Part shown: one piece after another, positions 21,435 to 30,922 of the stretch
Position numbering within the stretch: position 1 is the first letter of the stretch
How the letters are laid out: each line of letters opens with the position of its first letter
NCBI GenBank assembly: GCA_963811105.1
Contig: CAWEPZ010000008.1
Location: forward strand, 54,936 to 118,935
DNA length: 64,000 nucleotides
From: Candidatus Bathyarchaeota archaeon
Lineage (GTDB): Archaea > Thermoproteota > Bathyarchaeia > Bathyarchaeales > Bathycorpusculaceae
Direction of reading: 5' to 3'
Program-made: the position numbers and the translations under genes
The notes under the pieces: model-generated
What the model was told of the DNA's origin: nothing
The model's database searches: none
The model's input: only the letters and a program-made list of their open reading frames with translations

Positions 21435-21872
21435 ATGGCAAGCAATGTTTTAGTTAGAGATGTTATGTCAAAAAACGTTAAGGTGGTAAGAGAAGACACG
21501 AACCTACATGAAGTTATAGCGACCTTGAGTAGCTTCGAAATTAACTCGCTAATCGTCGTCCAAGGGGAAAGACCTGTGGGAATCGTAACTACAAAAGACG
21601 CATTAGTCAGAGGCTTTGAACACGGCCTACCAGTAACAGCCATCAAAGCTGGAATGGTAGCCTCGTCTCCCCTGACAACAATTAATGAAGAAGCATCAGT
21701 TGAAGAAGCAGCTGGACTTATGAAACGTGCAAAAATCAAGCATCTACCGGTATTAAACAACGGCAAACTAGTCGGCATCATCACAGACACCGACATCATG
21801 TTTTCAGTACCATCAATGCTTTCAACAATCGAAGCAGTCTGCCGCCCTCAAAAAAAGACCTCCCTCCAATAG
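21435..21872 (+). CDS. CBS-domain pair protein
   Basis: VRDVM, VGIVT..D, HLPV and LVGIITDTDI motifs. Confidence 0.9.
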   Translation: MASNVLVRDVMSKNVKVVREDTNLHEVIATLSSFEINSLIVVQGERPVGIVTTKDALVRGFEHGLPVTAIKAGMVASSPLTTINEEASVEEAAGLMKRAKIKHLPVLNNGKLVGIITDTDIMFSVPSMLSTIEAVCRPQKKTSLQ

Positions 21873-22053
21873 ACACAAATTCTTAAAATCCTAAACCCTT
21901 TCTTCAAATACTCTACATATCTGACTCGTCTTTGCAGAATAAATGCTCCAAAATCTGATCGCACTTGCAGATATCAAATGTCAAAGAAAAGCTTATCCCA
22001 CTGAAGTATGAAAGTTATACTTAATTAATCAAAAACTAAGTTGTTGATTAAAA

Positions 22054-22326
22054 ATGGATGAAGAAGCTGAAATTGCGATTGTAGGTAGCAAAGGGCAGAT
22101 TGTTATCCCACAAAAATTAAGAAAAGAATTAGCCATATTGCCAAATACCAAACTCTGTGTATACCGAAAAGATGACAAACTAGTCGCAGTGAAACTCAAA
22201 GTTCCGCCTTTAGGTGACTCTACAGAGTTCTTCAAAGAAGCTGATGAACGGAACCTGGGTAAAAAGAAGCCCACCGAAACTATTCAAGTCCCTTTAAGTA
22301 GAAAACGCAAAGGAAAAAAGAAATAA
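22054..22326 (+). CDS. AbrB/MazE/SpoVT-family DNA-binding protein
   Basis: VGSKGQIVIPQKLRKEL. Confidence 0.9.
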   Translation: MDEEAEIAIVGSKGQIVIPQKLRKELAILPNTKLCVYRKDDKLVAVKLKVPPLGDSTEFFKEADERNLGKKKPTETIQVPLSRKRKGKKK

Positions 22327-22366
22327 GCGAACGCCCACAACTAATCCGTTTTACTCAGGTGATTAT

Positions 22367-22921
22367 GTGTCAGCAAAAACTCAAGTAAATATCTCTTCAG
22401 TCTACAGGCTGCTTCATCCAATGCACACCGTACTTGTTTCATGTGTCGGAAAAGCAGGTAAACCAAACGTCACAACCCTTGCATGGGCAATGCCAACTTC
22501 AATTAACCCACCGCTCTTAGCCATAAGTCTATCACCAGCACGCCACTCACACACGTTGATTGAGGAATCAGGAGAATTCATTGTTAACGTTCCAACATTG
22601 GAGCTCTTGCAAGCTGTTTACTCCTGCGGTTCATTAACAGGCAGAAGCTTTGATAAATTCAAAAAAGCAAATCTAACGCCAATGCCAGCTAAAAAAGTCA
22701 AAGCGCCAGCCATACGCGAATGCATCGCTCATCTTGAATGTGAAGTCGACGGCCAACTAACGACAGGAGATCACACAATATTTGTGGGCAAAATCTTAGA
22801 AGCATATGCAGACATGGGAGTTTTCACAGAAAGCGGTTACGACCTCAAAAAGGTGCGGATGCTCTATCATGCAGGCGGCAACAACTTTTTGGTCCTAGAT
22901 CCTAAAATCTATAAGTCCTGA
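22367..22921 (+). CDS. Flavin reductase-like (flavoredoxin-type) protein
   Basis: PNVTTLAW, GEFIVNVP, LECEV and GDHTIFVGKI motifs. Confidence 0.9.
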   Translation: MSAKTQVNISSVYRLLHPMHTVLVSCVGKAGKPNVTTLAWAMPTSINPPLLAISLSPARHSHTLIEESGEFIVNVPTLELLQAVYSCGSLTGRSFDKFKKANLTPMPAKKVKAPAIRECIAHLECEVDGQLTTGDHTIFVGKILEAYADMGVFTESGYDLKKVRMLYHAGGNNFLVLDPKIYKS

Positions 22922-23065
22922 GCTGAAATACGCATTTAACCGGCATCAAGAAATTAGTTTTGGCTGGGCTTTAACTTGAATTTAACCGTAGAGTAGTAAT
23001 AGTGCGTTAGGTTACGCATTTAAGCACGCGATGCAATAATCCAACCCAACAAAAGTGAAATAGTT

Positions 23066-23968
23066 ATGCCCTACGATAAGGAAGAACTTGAAAAATTCCG
23101 TATATCGGGAAAAATTCTGCGTGAAACAAGAGAAGAAATGAGAACTCAAGTTCATGAGAACATGCCAATTATCGAAGTATGCGAGAAGGTAGAAGGATTA
23201 ATTCGGGCTAAAGGAGGCAAACCAGCCTTCCCCTGCAACGTCAGCATAAACGAGGTAGCTGCACATTATACTTCGCCGCCCGGTGATATCTTAACCATTC
23301 CAGAAGACTCCACGGTGAAAGTCGATTTAGGCGTCCAAGCAGATGGCTACGTAACTGATACAGCATTCACAGTCTCTTTTAATCCTGAAGGCAGAAGCAT
23401 GGCCAACACTGCTGAACAAGCACTAAAAACGGCCATTGATAATATTCATGGCGACATGATGCTGAGCAAAATCGGCAGCCTCATAGAAACCACAATAAAA
23501 AACCGCGGTTTCAAACCTATCAGCAACTTAACGGGGCACTCAGTTGGAAGATATCTTATTCATGCAGGCACATCTATCCCAAACGTCGCACAAATATCCT
23601 TCGGAAAAGTAAGAACAGGCGAAGTTTACGCAATAGAACCATTCGTTACATTACCAGACGCAATTGGCAGAGTCGATGACAGCCCACAATCAACAATATA
23701 TCGTTTGGTTAAAGCTAAACCTGTAAAAACTGAATCCGCCAAAAAGATGCAAAAATATATTGAATCAAATTTCAGAACTTTACCTTTTGCTGAAAGATGG
23801 CTAATCGGTGTAGTTCCCAAGGAACACCATAAAGCCGCGTTCAAAGAATTGCTTGTTTCAAAAGCGGTTATGAGTTACCCAGTTTTTGTTGAAGTAAGCA
23901 AAAAACCCGTTGCCCAAGCCGAACACACGGTGCTGATAAAAGATGAGGGCTGTGAAGTTTTAACTTAG
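23066..23968 (+). CDS. map: Methionine aminopeptidase type II
   Basis: AFPCNVSINEVAAHYT, DGYVTDTA, GHS, AIEPF and EHTV metal-site motifs. Confidence 0.95.
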   Translation: MPYDKEELEKFRISGKILRETREEMRTQVHENMPIIEVCEKVEGLIRAKGGKPAFPCNVSINEVAAHYTSPPGDILTIPEDSTVKVDLGVQADGYVTDTAFTVSFNPEGRSMANTAEQALKTAIDNIHGDMMLSKIGSLIETTIKNRGFKPISNLTGHSVGRYLIHAGTSIPNVAQISFGKVRTGEVYAIEPFVTLPDAIGRVDDSPQSTIYRLVKAKPVKTESAKKMQKYIESNFRTLPFAERWLIGVVPKEHHKAAFKELLVSKAVMSYPVFVEVSKKPVAQAEHTVLIKDEGCEVLT

Positions 23969-24399
23969 ACATTGTATGTTTTTTCTTTCTCTTTGACTTC
24001 CTTGTAGATTGCGGTAATCATTTGTTTGCCTGAGCATTTTTGGCATGGAACGTCGAGTTCTTTGTAGACGTAGTCGCCGCGTTGGAATTCTCGCACTGTT
24101 TTGACATCGCAGGTCTTGACTGTGCATTGTATTGTTGTCATTACTTTGGGTATTTCAATTTTCATATCTGCCGTTTGCCTCCTTGATTGGTAAAACGTGA
24201 AAAGTGACATAGCTAAAGCGACAAGACCGATAACCGAGTAAGCTGCCACGGGTGCCAAATCGTTTGGATTAATGGCGTAGAGGTAGGCTGCTACTACTAT
24301 AGATGCAAGCGAAATAACTACAACAATTACGACTATTAGGTTTACGTAGTTTGAGATCTTTTTGGTTGACGCTGATGTTTGATTGTGATCATGTTCCAT
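23965..24399 (-). CDS. Membrane protein with C-terminal zinc-ribbon-like region
   Basis: Two TM helices, then C..C, REFQRGDYV and CQKC. Confidence 0.75.
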   Translation of the reverse strand: MEHDHNQTSASTKKISNYVNLIVVIVVVISLASIVVAAYLYAINPNDLAPVAAYSVIGLVALAMSLFTFYQSRRQTADMKIEIPKVMTTIQCTVKTCDVKTVREFQRGDYVYKELDVPCQKCSGKQMITAIYKEVKEKEKTYNV

Positions 24400-24411
24400 T
24401 TTATAGTCCTC

Positions 24412-25584
24412 CTATTGCCCTACTCCAATGGAGTTGCCGACACCTACGATAATAACTCTGTCGCCTTCTTTGGTTCGCTCCAAGATTACGTTCTTAACTC
24501 GTTCAATGACTGGGTCAACTGCATCATTGATTTCTTTTCGCATAGGTGAAACTGCATCGCCAATGTCTTCTTTGACTATTACAGCGTTGATTGGAATATG
24601 ATACTTTGTCAGCTTCGCTTCAATCTTAAACTGGTCTACGCCTGGTCCACCAATTGCAGCCCCAATACCTTCTGCTACTTCGCCGACCATTTCGCCTTCA
24701 AGTTTCAAGCCTGCATCAATCATGATAACCATGCCAATCTTGCCTTCATTTTCTTCAATAACAGCTTCAACTGCATCGCCTGGTTTGCCAACGTTACCGC
24801 CTGGTCCTTCAGCTTTTATGACCAGTGCTGTTCGTCCTTCAAACGGCACCGTTGCCATCACGCAGTCTTTTGGTAACTTGCGAACTTCGTAGCCGTGCAT
24901 GAGTTTTGCAGCGACTAATGGTCCAGCGCCATCGCCTATAGGCTGACCGTAAGCAAAGGCTTTAAGAGCGCTTCCATATGCTTCGGCTTCTTTCATGACC
25001 ATTGGCAATATCATTTGTATTTGCATTATTACGTAGAGGCTTAGGGTTTTTTTGCCTTGAATGTAGTAGTGCCGTATAACTTTGTAAATGAAGTTTAAAG
25101 CCATTGCCGCTTCTAAAGTGTTTTCTAAGTTGTTCACTTGGACTTCGTCAATTCCTGGCGCCATTAGTTTGACTTCATCTTTTAGTCGCTCATCTCTCAC
25201 ATCTAGAATGTGATCAAGCTTGTACACTATGCCTGCTGGATCCATGCTTTGGGGACCGATTGTAAAGTATTCTAGATAGCGATCAACACGAGTTGAAGGG
25301 TCAACTGTTGGTTTGCCAACCTCTTTTATGGCGTCTATGGCATTTTTTCGCCCTTCCTCTTTTATGAACTTTAATTTATGAAGCGAGTTCTCTACCTCTC
25401 GAATCATAACGTACATTTGGATTCTTTGGCCGTAGAAAATTAGAACGATGAAAAATAGGTACGAAATCAGGCTCAAATATGTAGTCCAGTCACTTGAACC
25501 TCCTAACTGGTTTGTATGTACTGGTAAAGCTATCGCCATTGATAGTTCCCGTGTAATAGCATTGCTTCCCGTAATAAGACTCAA
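24412..25584 (-). CDS. DUF1512-family conserved archaeal protein (start uncertain)
   Basis: PIGDGAGPLVA, KAEGPGG and IVGVGNSIGVGQ C-terminus. Confidence 0.85.
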   Translation of the reverse strand: MSLITGSNAITRELSMAIALPVHTNQLGGSSDWTTYLSLISYLFFIVLIFYGQRIQMYVMIREVENSLHKLKFIKEEGRKNAIDAIKEVGKPTVDPSTRVDRYLEYFTIGPQSMDPAGIVYKLDHILDVRDERLKDEVKLMAPGIDEVQVNNLENTLEAAMALNFIYKVIRHYYIQGKKTLSLYVIMQIQMILPMVMKEAEAYGSALKAFAYGQPIGDGAGPLVAAKLMHGYEVRKLPKDCVMATVPFEGRTALVIKAEGPGGNVGKPGDAVEAVIEENEGKIGMVIMIDAGLKLEGEMVGEVAEGIGAAIGGPGVDQFKIEAKLTKYHIPINAVIVKEDIGDAVSPMRKEINDAVDPVIERVKNVILERTKEGDRVIIVGVGNSIGVGQ

Positions 25585-25667
25585 TTTCTACACCACTTCT
25601 CAAAAAACTATAGACAGTAAGTTATAAAGCTATGCCAAATCGCGCTCTATTAATTGGGTTTATAAGT

Positions 25668-25791
25668 GGGCTGCCAGCTTTCCCAGGTTCGCATGGCCTA
25701 AGACCACACTACAACTGGAAACGGAACACGGTTTAACTTCTGAGTTCGGAATGGGATCAGGTGGAACCCGTGCCCTTTGACCGGCAATCCC
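25668..25791 (-). rRNA. rrf: 5S rRNA (stand-alone)
   Basis: Reverse complement contains CCTGATCCCATTCCGAACTCAGAAGTTAAAC; the termini pair (GGGATTGCCGG / GCTGGCAGCCC). Confidence 0.95.
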
Positions 25792-25979
25792 AGCATTACA
25801 CCTCAACTTTCCTTCATTAACCTTTCGCTTTTTGCATGAATTACTATTGGAGAACCACGAAGTTTTGGAAGCCTGTTTATTTATTAGCGGCTAAGACATT
25901 GTTTTTCTGATTCGTGGAGGCACTGAAGACGGCAAAATTCTTTAGACAATCTTCAGCCATAGAGTCTAGAGGTACCTTA

Positions 25980-26579
25980 ATGATGCAAGGACTTAGAAAA
26001 AAGAGAATCGGAGCTTCCGCGGGCATATTAGCACCCATACTTGCCTTTGCCTGCATCTTGACATCTATCGCATCTTACCCACAATTCAGCTGGAAGAGCA
26101 ACGCCTTAAGCGATTTAGGCATAATCACTGGATTGACTGGACCACTTTTCAATTTTGGATTATACGCCAGCGGGTTCTTAGGATTAAACTTTGCATTATT
26201 AGGTTTATTTTCATATCTTGGAAAAAGCTGGGTTGGCAAAATTGGAGCAATATTTTTTGCAGGTACATCTATTGCGCTTATCGGTATCGGAGTTTTCAAC
26301 GAAAGTTACTCTGGAACACATTTTGCGGTTTCCGTAGCGTTTTTTGTGTTAGCACCCATTTCAATGTTCATCATAGCCTGCGCTTTTTTGTTGTTGCATC
26401 AACCAAGAATGTCAATCTTTACTGTTTTGATTGGGATTGCTGCTGCATCGCCATGGATCTTACAATTTGCCTTTAACTACGTTCCAAATGTGGCAATCCC
26501 AGAGTTTTTATCAGGGCTTGCTTTGTCAATATGGACTATTGCAGTCAGTATCAAAATGATTATGCAAACTAAGAAGTGA
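25980..26579 (+). CDS. DUF998-family membrane protein
   Basis: FSW..NALSDLG, LFN.GL, IGVF.E and IPE motifs; multiple TM helices. Confidence 0.85.
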   Translation: MMQGLRKKRIGASAGILAPILAFACILTSIASYPQFSWKSNALSDLGIITGLTGPLFNFGLYASGFLGLNFALLGLFSYLGKSWVGKIGAIFFAGTSIALIGIGVFNESYSGTHFAVSVAFFVLAPISMFIIACAFLLLHQPRMSIFTVLIGIAAASPWILQFAFNYVPNVAIPEFLSGLALSIWTIAVSIKMIMQTKK

Positions 26580-27581
26580 TTAGCTTTTAATTTTCTGCGT
26601 TGCGTCAAAGTACATTTGAGCGCAACAATATGAGGAAAAAGAAATCTTGCTGCCTTGGCTTTTTGCATATTTGACTGCTTCTTCACTGGGAAAAGCAACT
26701 GCATCCACCCCGGCTTTCAACGCTAAGACATCTGTTTCGCCGCGGGCTGCACCTTTCTGTCGCATACACCCCAATACCAAGGGGATTTTTGGGAACATCA
26801 GTCGCGCCGCCGCGGTCACTTTGGCGATTTCAACTGGTGTTGGTGGCTGCGTTTTCGCCATGGCTGTTCCATGTATAGGCATAAATGCAATTATGACTAG
26901 CGCAGAAGGCTTAACTTGACTTATCATTTTAAGCGCTTCTAATTCGCCGTCTAGTTTGCCTTCGTTTAAACCTACAATAACATGGGGTATAAATTTTAAG
27001 GCTGATTTTTCTAAAGCAATCAGCGAGTTCACGTAATCGTTTGTTGTAACTTTCAGATCGAAAGTTTTCTTTATCGTTTCAGCCGACCCTATTATATCAA
27101 TTAAGGCTGCATCTACCCCGGCAGCTTTGAGCAATTTCGCAGTCTCAGAATTTATTATGCCAGTGTGGACAAAAACGGTTAAGCCTAGCTCTTTCTTGAT
27201 CTTCTTAAGCGAAGGTACAAATTCACCAAGAGGCACTGACCCATCAGGCAAACATCCGCCGCTGATAAGGCAGCCTTGAGCACCAGCTGCCTTTAGCTTC
27301 ACGCATAGCTCAAACAGTTCCGTGGGCGAGAGTGCTGGAAGCATGGTTTCAAGCACTTTTTTACCGCAATGCTTGCAATTCGACGAGCAAGATGTACCTG
27401 TAACTGAGATTGTTGGGAAACTTGTTGGTGAAGAGCAATAATATCTTGTTTTGTAGTATGTGAAGCTGGGGGCGTAGAAGCGAATTTCTTTGGGCTTGAA
27501 TGGATTAAATTCTTTTTCTAGTAAGTTTAAAAGCCCTTTTTCGGTTGAGTTCCAAACTTTTTCGGGAGATAGCTGGGTCAT
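26580..27581 (-). CDS. Radical SAM protein (biotin-synthase-related archaeal family)
   Basis: CxxxCxxC (CSSNCKHC), GCLISGG and LGCMR motifs. Confidence 0.9.
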   Translation of the reverse strand: MTQLSPEKVWNSTEKGLLNLLEKEFNPFKPKEIRFYAPSFTYYKTRYYCSSPTSFPTISVTGTSCSSNCKHCGKKVLETMLPALSPTELFELCVKLKAAGAQGCLISGGCLPDGSVPLGEFVPSLKKIKKELGLTVFVHTGIINSETAKLLKAAGVDAALIDIIGSAETIKKTFDLKVTTNDYVNSLIALEKSALKFIPHVIVGLNEGKLDGELEALKMISQVKPSALVIIAFMPIHGTAMAKTQPPTPVEIAKVTAAARLMFPKIPLVLGCMRQKGAARGETDVLALKAGVDAVAFPSEEAVKYAKSQGSKISFSSYCCAQMYFDATQKIKS

Positions 27582-28242
27582 GTTTTTCGGCTTAATGAAA
27601 TCTTTGCGTTCCTTAATAGTTTAGCGTAGACTGCCAAATGTATCCAATATGAACGTGATTTAGGAGAATTAGTCTTAAGTTCATAGCACTTGTGATTAAC
27701 TCCTTACTCTCACATATAGATATACGAACCACCAATAATGAAAAATTGGAGCGCTTTTTTCCGAAAGATTAAGGTTAAATTATGAAGAGTAAGAATTTGT
27801 TCAGTTACTTGGGGTTTCTTTCAACGATTGGAGGACAGATAATGCCCCTTTGCGAGCCGCGTTCTTAACTTTTTTATAATCTTGCCCGTCACCGACGCTT
27901 TTGCTCATTATAGTCATTTTTTTGCGCAGTTCAATGGCCAAACTCAAGCAACCCAACAATTAATGCAAATAATAACTGCCATATCCAAAGCAGGATGTTA
28001 CCTGAGTCTTAGAGAAGATAGTGAAACCAATAGAGGAGGCAGGAGTAATAATAGAGTTGGCAACAAAGGAATCTGACGCCGAAATGTTACAGCACCCAAC
28101 GGGTAAGCAACTTGAATATAAAGCCTCAGAGCAAAAACAAGAAAAGAAATTGAAAAAAGAAAGAAGACCGACCGAATAAAGAAACTGTTGAACAAAGGGA
28201 AAGCCAACTCTACAACAAACCTAAGAAAAACTGAGCTTGAGA

Positions 28243-28320
28243 TGGTGGGCCGAGGCGGATTTGAACTGCCGACCTTTCGATTATCAGTCGAACGCTCCAG
28301 CCGTGCTGAGCTACCGGCCC
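28243..28320 (-). tRNA. tRNA-Ile(GAT), CCA encoded, no intron
   Basis: GGGCCGGTAGCTCAG...TTCGA-CTGATAA-TCGAA...GTTCAAATC...GGCCCACCA cloverleaf. Confidence 0.97.
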
Positions 28321-28346
28321 ACCTGAAAGAGCACTGAAGTTTAATA

Positions 28347-29732
28347 TTATGTTGGTTTATAAGAATAACGCTTAAGGTTTTCAGAGTTACCATAAATGTT
28401 TTTTGTTTCGCCGCTGAATCGTTTGGGTCGTCGATAGAAATGTACTTGAACTTGGTTGAAGGTGATCTCGTCGTATTTTGTCCAGCCGCCTTTTCCAAGA
28501 TTTCGTATTTCTTCAATTGTTGTAGCTGTCGTTTCTTCGTATTCTTTAGGTTCAAACTTCTTCGCGTGAATGTACTTCATTGAGCTTTCAATGCACTTGT
28601 GACGCAGCAACTGCTTAACTATTAGAACGTTGCCATTGGTGTTTTCAGCAATTGTTGTTCCTCCCCAGTGTCGGATGCTTTTGAAGTTAATGTCCAAGAT
28701 TTGAGGTCGTCCAAGTTTAGCTGCAAGCCTTCTGCGGATGTATAGGAAACTGGTTTCAAGTGAAGCATAAGTCGTTGGGAAAATGCGTTTGTCCTTTTTC
28801 GGCAGCCTGTTAAGCATCGTGAGAAGTTCTCCAGAGATTTCGTATTCGTCGGTGTTATGTCCTTTGACTGGATGCGCGATTGTGAACATGTTACCTTTAA
28901 GGTCAATCCACTCAGCAGCAAGAATTTCTCCTGGGTCCGCGTATGTTTCTTTTATGCTTTGTAGGAAGGCAGCCATTCGTTTACTTGTCGTTGAAGCAAT
29001 TAAGGCGTCAATGTCATCTTCGTTAGGCGTTCTGATTATGGGCGCTTCAATATTATACTCAGGTCTTTTCCAACGGATGCCTTCCATATCGCAGAAAGCT
29101 TGGTAAGCGAAAGCAGCAAGATTCTTAGAACTATCTTTCCACTTCTGGATTTTGCCTGTTTTGTCTTCAAAGGTATGTCGTGCAATCCTTGTTTTTACGT
29201 CCTCTGGATCAAGCAGATTTGCGCCATCTTTGACAAGCCTAATCAATTGCTTGAGATAGAGACTTTCTCCGGCTGCGTCAAAATAGTAGTTTTCTCGCTC
29301 CAGGTAAGCCATGAACTTTGTCAGTAAACCTTTAGCGTCTTGAGGTAGTTTCTCGATGTCTCCGGCAACAGTTTTTATTTCCGTTGCAGAGGTCAAATTT
29401 TTCGTCTCCTTAACGCATATTTGACGTTTAGAAAGGAAGGAGACGCCAGTATTTAATGATAATTCCAATTTTTTTTGTAATGGCTTCTCAGAGAAACGAA
29501 ATCCACATTTCCGGCAAATCCAACGCTGAATTACCTCATCTTTGAGGTAGCGAAGGCCATCTCGCCAGGTCTTAGCGGATCCGCAGCTGGGGCAGTTGGG
29601 GATTTGCGAGGCGGCGCCGGCAGTTAGAACTGAAACCGACTTGCCAGTGATATTATTTCCCAGCTGATTGCCAAATATGCTTATAGGAGACGGAATATTG
29701 GCAAAGCCGCCTGTTCGCTCCCCTTCAACCAC
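28347..29732 (-). CDS. Tyrosine recombinase/integrase-fold protein with N-terminal zinc ribbon
   Basis: CPSC...CRKC ribbon; ETYADPGE in place of the box I TGxRxxE, HPVKG, KSIRH and LLRHK...MKY. Confidence 0.88.
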   Translation of the reverse strand: MVEGERTGGFANIPSPISIFGNQLGNNITGKSVSVLTAGAASQIPNCPSCGSAKTWRDGLRYLKDEVIQRWICRKCGFRFSEKPLQKKLELSLNTGVSFLSKRQICVKETKNLTSATEIKTVAGDIEKLPQDAKGLLTKFMAYLERENYYFDAAGESLYLKQLIRLVKDGANLLDPEDVKTRIARHTFEDKTGKIQKWKDSSKNLAAFAYQAFCDMEGIRWKRPEYNIEAPIIRTPNEDDIDALIASTTSKRMAAFLQSIKETYADPGEILAAEWIDLKGNMFTIAHPVKGHNTDEYEISGELLTMLNRLPKKDKRIFPTTYASLETSFLYIRRRLAAKLGRPQILDINFKSIRHWGGTTIAENTNGNVLIVKQLLRHKCIESSMKYIHAKKFEPKEYEETTATTIEEIRNLGKGGWTKYDEITFNQVQVHFYRRPKRFSGETKNIYGNSENLKRYSYKPT

Positions 29733-29977
29733 TAATAATTAACCTCCAGGACCGCTAAATGTACTGTATGTTCAGGTACGGAAGGTGATTCTAGTTCAAC
29801 GAAGACGGCGCCATAATTATCCAGCAAGGTGAAAGGGTACCTTATGCCTTCAATTCTAAGACACACCGCCATTTTACCTGTAAATTCTTCTCTGGGAATA
29901 ACTAGGCAAGGACCCCATACAGGATCCTGGAGCTGAAGATAACCCTGAGCCTTAAGGAAGTCAAGAAAAACCATCAA
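29732..29977 (-). CDS. Hypothetical protein (element operon)
   Basis: Overlaps both neighbours; GGAGG precedes the integrase start. Confidence 0.65.
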   Translation of the reverse strand: MMVFLDFLKAQGYLQLQDPVWGPCLVIPREEFTGKMAVCLRIEGIRYPFTLLDNYGAVFVELESPSVPEHTVHLAVLEVNY

Positions 29978-30168
29978 CCCTTAGCCCCCATTAATGCAAG
30001 CTTAGTTGTTACTTCATCAAAAACTTTAATTGCCCTATTCATAAGGGTAACATATTCTTCTCGATCAGCTTCGGTTTCGAAGTAGATCAGCATTTTCTTA
30101 CGTTTGTTATCTAGGCCGATTAAGTCAACCTCGGCAGGATAAACCAAAGACATTTTTGTTGTACTCAT
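29974..30168 (-). CDS. Hypothetical protein (element operon)
   Basis: GAGG RBS; 4-nt start/stop overlaps at both ends. Confidence 0.65.
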   Translation of the reverse strand: MSTTKMSLVYPAEVDLIGLDNKRKKMLIYFETEADREEYVTLMNRAIKVFDEVTTKLALMGAKG

Positions 30169-30308
30169 GGTGTCTTAACCTCTGCTTTGGCAGCCTCCGA
30201 TAGGGCAGCATCTGCCAGGTAGAGCTTATTTTGCATGCAAGATTCCCAGTAGCGTTTAGATACTAGGCAAACTCCGGGTATTCTGTAGCAGCCACAAGGA
30301 TTAAACAT
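30165..30308 (-). CDS. 47-aa Cys-rich protein (below ORF-track cutoff)
   Basis: MFNPCGCYRIPGVCLVSKRYWESCMQNK...EVKTP*, with GGAGG RBS and ATGA overlap with the next gene. Confidence 0.6.
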   Translation of the reverse strand: MFNPCGCYRIPGVCLVSKRYWESCMQNKLYLADAALSEAAKAEVKTP

Positions 30309-30312
30309 CAAA

Positions 30313-30537
30313 CTACGGCGCCTCCTGGAAGGAACCTTCAGCGATTACTTGGGTAATTTTGGCGCCGGCTTCTAAATCATCAATGCCTAGGTCGTCACAG
30401 TGCTTAGCAAGACCCAGAGGATCATACTGAACGATGCAATTTAATTCACCATAGACGGGAAACGTAAGCACTGTTTTGCCATTTTTAGTTTCTGAAAGTT
30501 TAGTTCGGCAAATAGGGTACCATGCAGAGTTTGGCAA
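30313..30537 (-). CDS. Hypothetical protein (element operon)
   Basis: GGTGA RBS; starts 3 nt after the RHH stop. Confidence 0.6.
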   Translation of the reverse strand: MPNSAWYPICRTKLSETKNGKTVLTFPVYGELNCIVQYDPLGLAKHCDDLGIDDLEAGAKITQVIAEGSFQEAP

Positions 30538-30540
30538 GGA

Positions 30541-30723
30541 TTATTTCACCCGGCATTTTGCAGCTTTTTGGGCTTCTAGTTGCTCCATTCGCATTCTGGC
30601 GGCTTCACTTAGGAAATCGGCGACGCTTCTGTATTCTCGATTGTCCTGTACGAAATGTGTAACTTTGATGTATAGATTTTTGTTTAGACTTACGCCTTTG
30701 AAGTTTTGATTCTTACCTGGCAA
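30541..30723 (-). CDS. Small ribbon-helix-helix (RHH) protein
   Basis: FKGVSL beta-strand, helix, YRSVADFLSEAAR. Confidence 0.85.
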   Translation of the reverse strand: MPGKNQNFKGVSLNKNLYIKVTHFVQDNREYRSVADFLSEAARMRMEQLEAQKAAKCRVK

Positions 30724-30740
30724 TTAATCTTCCTTCTTTT

Positions 30741-30891
30741 GGTGGTACCTATGCTACATAAACCCACTATGCTAAGACTTAATTAATAATATTTGTGGCA
30801 CATTTAAGGGATAAAAACCCCATTGACTAAAAAAAATAAAGCTTCTTTATTAACACAAAGCCACATATATTATATGGCATCTATGCCACAT
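30741..30891. promoter_or_regulatory. Divergent promoter pair with two operator-like palindromes
   Basis: GGTGGT-N6-GCTACA (30741-58) and TATGGC-N6-GCCACA (30873-90). GCCACAWATATTAT occurs on both strands (30786-99 minus, 30860-73 plus). Confidence 0.65.
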
Positions 30892-30922
30892 CAAACCATT
30901 AAAGCAAACAAAGGGGATTAAC

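Noticed and set aside
22929-23023. TACGCATTTAA repeated twice and TGCGT-N6-ACGCA upstream of map
   Set aside because: Short and seen once; it could be an ordinary promoter element and is too weak to call.
27998-28555. 185-aa ORF on the minus strand
   Set aside because: It runs through the tRNA and overlaps the integrase out of frame, so it is a shadow ORF.
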